A stretch of DNA of 58,437 nucleotides, the filler included, from Basidiobolus ranarum (Eukaryota), in assembly GCA_040143965.1 (NCBI GenBank). It is 3 parts of 3 records of this genome, joined end to end, with 100 filler letters (N's around TTAATTAATTAA, not from the genome) between each part and the next. Parts side by side here need not be neighbours in the genome. Positions count along the whole stretch, not along the records: positions 39,085 to 58,437 come from JASJQH010000252.1; 2 more parts are not named here. One strand, given 5' to 3'. Position numbers and translations under genes: made by a program. Of the stretch, positions 53,634 through 58,437 are shown piece by piece. Under the pieces are notes generated by a model, which was not told where the DNA came from, searched no databases, and was given only the letters and a program-made list of their open reading frames with translations. Within the stretch, counting starts at the first letter, position 1. Every line of letters begins with the position of its first letter.

Positions 53634-55099
53634 ATGTCTACTTGTAACTTCAAAGAGACCCAATTTGTACAGCCTCAAACCCCACCTGCGGGTACCCAGT
53701 TAGCTGCAGAAGAAAAACAGCTGCCGAGGGTATTTTGTCCACTCACCATAAGGAATATGACTTTGAAGAATCGTTTCGTTGTTTCACCTATGTATTGCCT
53801 ATTTCATATCATCTATTGTTTACACTTAAACTCAGAGTATCTAACGAAATGGATATCCTATTTCTTAGGTGCATGTATAGTTCCAACGATGGTTTTATGA
53901 CCGATTTTCACCTTGTACACCTGGGCTCCTTCGCTATTCGCGGAGCCAGTCTAGTGTTTTGTGAGGGTACAGCCGTTTTACCCAATGGTAGAATTACACC
54001 CTATTGTGCAGGTCTTTGGAAAGATGAACAAATACCACAGATGAAACGCATTGTTCAATTTATTCACTCTCAAGGGGCAAAAGCGGGTATTCAACTCGCT
54101 CATGCTGGCCGAAAGGTTAGACTTGATGTATTTCTGTTCAATACCTGACTCGCATAACCATGAGATGTATCGTTATACAGGCTTCCACTCTTCCATCATT
54201 TATCGCTGGTAGTAGTGCCTCTCGATCTGTTGCCACAGATATGGAAGGTGGTTGGGAAAAAGAAGTCTGGGGGCCATCGGCAATTGAATGGGACAACGGT
54301 TGGATTAAACCTCACGAAATGTCTGAAGAAGAGATCAAAAGTACACTTAAGGCATTTACCGATGCCACTCGTCGAGCACATGAGGCAGGGTTCGATGTAA
54401 TTGAGATCCATGGAGGTAGCTAGCAAAGATTACTTACTGCATCTTTGGGCAATTCTACACATTTCTAACCATATTCTAGCACATGGATATCTGATTCATT
54501 CATTTTTGTCATCCATTTCCAACCAAAGAACCGACAACTATGGTACGTTAGGCTCCACGTCCGAATCCCATTTTCAAACCTACTAACTTCCTCGGTGAAT
54601 ATTTGTAGGTGGTACTCTGGAAAATAGGATGCAATTCGCCTTAGAAACTGTACAAGCAGTTAGGGAGGCTTGGCCATCGGAAAATCCATTATTTTTCCGT
54701 CTTTCATGCAGCGATTGGGCTCAAGGTGGTTGGGATATCATCCAGTCCGTAGAACTAGCCAAAAGGTTGGCTAATATAGGTGTGGATTTACTTGATGCCT
54801 CTAGTGGTGGGAACACTCCACTTCAACAGATCCCTGCTAAACTAGGATATCAAGTGCCGTTTGCATACGAAATTAAAAACCAAGTACCCGGCCTACTCAC
54901 CGGAGCAGTTGGATTAATTACCACAGGTGAGCAGGCGGAAGAAATTCTTGAGGAAGGGAAAGCAGATATTGTTATTCTTGCGCGACAGTTTTTAAGGGAT
55001 CCTAATTTTGTTCTTCGTTCAGCTTTTGAACTTGAAGTGCCAGTGAAATGGCCACAACAATTCGATCGAGCCCAATTTCATCGATCGTCTAAAAAATAG
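53634..55099 (+). CDS. NADH:flavin oxidoreductase / old yellow enzyme, YqjM-like class, 5 exons
   Basis: LKNRFVVSPM|CMYS, GRITP...GLW, GIQLAHAGRK|AST, GFDVIEIHG|AHGYLIHSFLS..NQRTDNYG|GTLENR, GYQVPFA, RQFLRDP. Confidence 0.95.
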
Positions 55100-56544
55100 C
55101 TTCTCTTTCACCAGATGATACCGAGTTCAACTTTTCTGAAGATATTCGTTCTATTTTACTCTAATACCTCGGGTAAATAAAATCATTGTTTTGCTTTGCC
55201 AACATGTAAAATCCAAGCTGAATATTAGCTCTGCCATAGCTCAATAAATACTTCATCAGTCATATTTTTGGGAGATACATCTGTCGATTCGGCATCATAA
55301 CTGAAGATGTGAGGAGCTAGGATCTGTCAACAACATCATTGCCAATAATGGTGATGTCTAATTTTAGCACGGAGATTAGAGCTAACTGAATTCACCTGGA
55401 AGTTGATTACTCTACTGGGTGGTTGATGCCGAAGTCCAACATCCCCCCCTCCATGTCAACATCGGTTACCTGGGATTGCTCTACACGACTCCTCCTATCC
55501 CAAGGCGAATTCTAGCTTTTAGCTCATATTAGCTGGGCTCGACTAAATCCATTATGTCTTAGCATTGGAGAATCGATGAAGTGGGGATGGTAAATAAAAT
55601 GGTAGATGGTTATCTGAAGGACTCTATAAAAAACCCATAGAATAGAAAATATTGTCCAAGCATCAGCTACGCAAAGAGTTTGAAGAATGATGTTCTAATT
55701 CTAACGCACACGAGATCTTATCGCTACTAAGTACAGATACATCCATCGTTCAATGTTTGGATCAAATTGAAATGTACAACGAAGTATAATTAGTGAGAGT
55801 ACTTTATTCGAAAGATATCTCAAGTCTAAGATCTGAGCTTCTCCTTCTTTGCCTATAAGATAAGTAAGGAGACACCGAATACATTAACAAATTTAAAATG
55901 AACACCAACAGCACGTCCTTCATGATAGAAACCGGAGATGAGCACTTCATCATTTCCTCTCACAAAATTTTAAACAATTAGTATTGGTAACGAAAATGAT
56001 GATCTTTTTCCAATTCTTGACTAGATGAATTTGGTCACACAAATAGCAGAGTTGGGCTGTTTTGTTTCAATCGTTTCGAGGATAGCGTCTTTTGCGTGAG
56101 ATGGACTACCGAAGGGAAAGTATTTGAAGGCAGTACCACGAGCTCACTTTTGTATTGTTTGTCAGCTCTACATTCTTTAAAGCGATGATTACGACTTGCT
56201 TGAAGTCCTTCTTGGCTTTCCTTTACTCATGATCCATTGCAAGTGCTTCAGTATGAGAGGTGTTTTTGTAACGTGGGTAACTTCAATGAATAGACCAAGT
56301 GAAAAACTTGAACCGAAGTGTGGAGTGAAGAGGTGTAGCTTCCATAGCAGAGAAAGTTGATCCGTCATGAGGGGTCACGCGATATCAAATAGGAGAGGAT
56401 TCATGGATGGCCCTTGATGGAGCACTTATGACTGAATCATTTTGTCCGGTTTGGTAACATAACAATGAAGTTGTAAGAAAGAGACAGAGAAATACTGACG
56501 ACCTAATACCTGTCTTATGCACTCAATCGCTATGAACGAATTAA

Positions 56545-56836
56545 GACCTGTGAACATGTCTTTAACTGCGAGAAATGCCATGGAGAGTACTTTTACTATG
56601 GAGCCACAAATGTTGTGCTTCTATTTCACGGGAACTGTGTGAAATTAGCAGTGAAGCAGTAAGATATTATTCATTCTCAAACTGGAATCCGCACCTTAGA
56701 TGGAGATTGGTATTGCCCACTTGAAGGATGTGGGTCCCTTTTTTCGAAATGGTTTAGGAAAACTAAAGAAACAGGCTTGGTCAAATGGTTGCAGAGGCCC
56801 CTTTTTCAAATAGATTCAAGTGATCAATGGGAATAA
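56545..56836 (+). pseudogene. Possible decayed PHD/zinc-finger-like coding remnant
   Basis: One frame reads TCEHVFNCEKCH..FHGNCV..Q*..GDWYCPLEGC with one internal TAA; spacing is not canonical. Confidence 0.25.
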
Positions 56837-57327
56837 TTTAGTAATACTCTTTGAGACTTTTCAAACCAACCCCTCCTGCTATTTGTGATTGTTGCTGATG
56901 AAACCGGCGTATTACCTGTGTCCCTCTAATCAAAAGGGCTTTCATCATGTTGTTCATGTAGTGACTATGACCAAAAACGAACAGCCATGTCTTAATCTGG
57001 TTTAAGAGGTAGAGTCTGAATCCCTTGAACAAAACGGCGACAATGACGAACTCAGATTCTAAGCTAAACTACACCAAGACATTAATTTACATGGCACAAA
57101 CACACTCGAAAATCTAGCACATGATTTTCATTTTAGATGGCAAACTACTCTATAAACACTGTTTGAGATGTGGTATAGCCGAGATACCACTAGGAGTACC
57201 AGTGAATCTTTGCACCAACCCTCTTCACATAACCTATATAAACACCATGACCACTTAAACCAGAAATGAACCTCCTCTCTTAACCAAATCCATACTTAGT
57301 TCCCATCCCCGAACAGCTGGAGCTTCT

Positions 57328-58437
57328 ATGTCAGAACTATCCAGTGTGTGTTTAAGAGGCATTTTCAGATGGTTAAAGAATGATCATTTTAATTTGTACC
57401 GGTGTTGTCAGGTGAATCGTCGATGGTTCGAATGCTCGGTTCAACTCTTGTATGAACATCCATGGACGATCTTTTGTGACCTGGATACCAACCCAGAGGA
57501 ACTATTACGCTTCGAGAAGTTACTCAAGATACTACTAGAGCGTATTGAGACTACCCAGCAAAAAGGATACAAAAGAAAAAGGACCATATCTCAGCGACTC
57601 ACACCCAGTCCATTGTTGACCGGAGCATCCAAAATAGTTAGAAAGTTAAGCTGCCACTTCACCTCATGTGTTTCCGATCCTGAATACATTCATGAAAAGT
57701 CCATATCCAGTTACCGATCCTCATCATCGTTTTCTCCCTCTCTTGAAACATACCAAAACTATCCATCCTTAGTAAAGGACATGGATTTGAGATGGCTACA
57801 ACAGGGCCTTCAACATGTCAATCATGCGCAGTTCTATTCTTCCAAAGTACTACCTGAGGTATTTATTGAGAAACTGTTGCAACGATTCTGGATCCCGTTT
57901 CGGGACAAATACTCCTCCTCTTTAGAGAAGTTGTATTGTGGAATGACAATTCCTTTGGACCAGATCTTTACTTTGAATACCAAGTACTCAGTGCTAAGCT
58001 ATTTGGACTTGAAAATGGTGGACTTTGATATGGAGCATGCCACCATTATCTCTAGATCTTGTCAACTATTGGAGGGAATCAGGATTAGCACTTGCATCTC
58101 CGTCTTTGACCTTGGATTGGCCAAAATTCTCGCCTGTCAACAGCCGAACTCATTCAAGGAGTTAATCATTGAGTGTCCAGAACCTCTCTCCATATGTCAT
58201 ACCGTCAGCACTCTGCTTCACTTTCATCGACAAAGCATGACCACAATTAAATTCAATTTCTATCTTTTCTCACTCCCTGATACATGTAAAAACAACGCAG
58301 CCATCGGTGCTCTCAGCCAGTTTACCAATTTAAGATGTCTGGAGCTGCGGGGATGCCCCAGTGCCAACGATGAAAGTATGGAGAGAGTGGTAGAGGTATG
58401 TTCACTTACCAAGGTGGTACTTGAGAGAACTTCTCCC
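57328..58437 (+). CDS. F-box / leucine-rich-repeat (RNI-like) protein, runs off the window end
   Basis: Manual translation MSELSSVCLRGIFRWLKNDHFNLYRCCQVNRRWFECSVQLLYEHPW (F-box-like); later LSYLDL and LRCLELRGCPSAND (LRR-like). TATATAAA at 57235. Absent from the ORF track because it has no stop. Confidence 0.82.
   Translation, partial: MSELSSVCLRGIFRWLKNDHFNLYRCCQVNRRWFECSVQLLYEHPWTIFCDLDTNPEELLRFEKLLKILLERIETTQQKGYKRKRTISQRLTPSPLLTGASKIVRKLSCHFTSCVSDPEYIHEKSISSYRSSSSFSPSLETYQNYPSLVKDMDLRWLQQGLQHVNHAQFYSSKVLPEVFIEKLLQRFWIPFRDKYSSSLEKLYCGMTIPLDQIFTLNTKYSVLSYLDLKMVDFDMEHATIISRSCQLLEGIRISTCISVFDLGLAKILACQQPNSFKELIIECPEPLSICHTVSTLLHFHRQSMTTIKFNFYLFSLPDTCKNNAAIGALSQFTNLRCLELRGCPSANDESMERVVEVCSLTKVVLERTSP

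Overview
AT-rich eukaryotic DNA with many short GT-AG introns. Gene content (START-type PITP, UNC80-like gene, Glomeromycota-style F-box, bacterial-like CAP gene) points to an early-diverging fungus (Basidiobolus/Zoopagomycota/Mucoromycota-like; inference). Two 100-nt N spacers carrying TTAATTAATTAA (19450-19549, 38985-39084) are artificial joins, so the window is really three contig pieces. Piece 1: CAP/SCP protein, a tandem-domain unknown protein, eIF2D, a secreted tyrosinase and polyubiquitin. Piece 2 is a dense housekeeping block: RPL9 3' end, Gfd2/QIP-like exonuclease, RPAP2/Rtr1, FMT1, TIM9, KAE1, ORC6, RBG1, a predicted GPI-anchored Pro/Tyr-rich protein and GUA1. Piece 3: a ~8 kb UNC80-like gene, a class I PITP with an 8-nt microexon, a YqjM-type old yellow enzyme and a partial F-box/LRR gene. 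A ~230-390 bp dispersed repeat occurs three times. The strongest lead is the fungal UNC80 homologue, which suggests an animal-style NALCN/Cch1 channelosome. Spliced CDS coordinates give first and last coding base, read by eye; most short ORFs in the supplied track are spurious.
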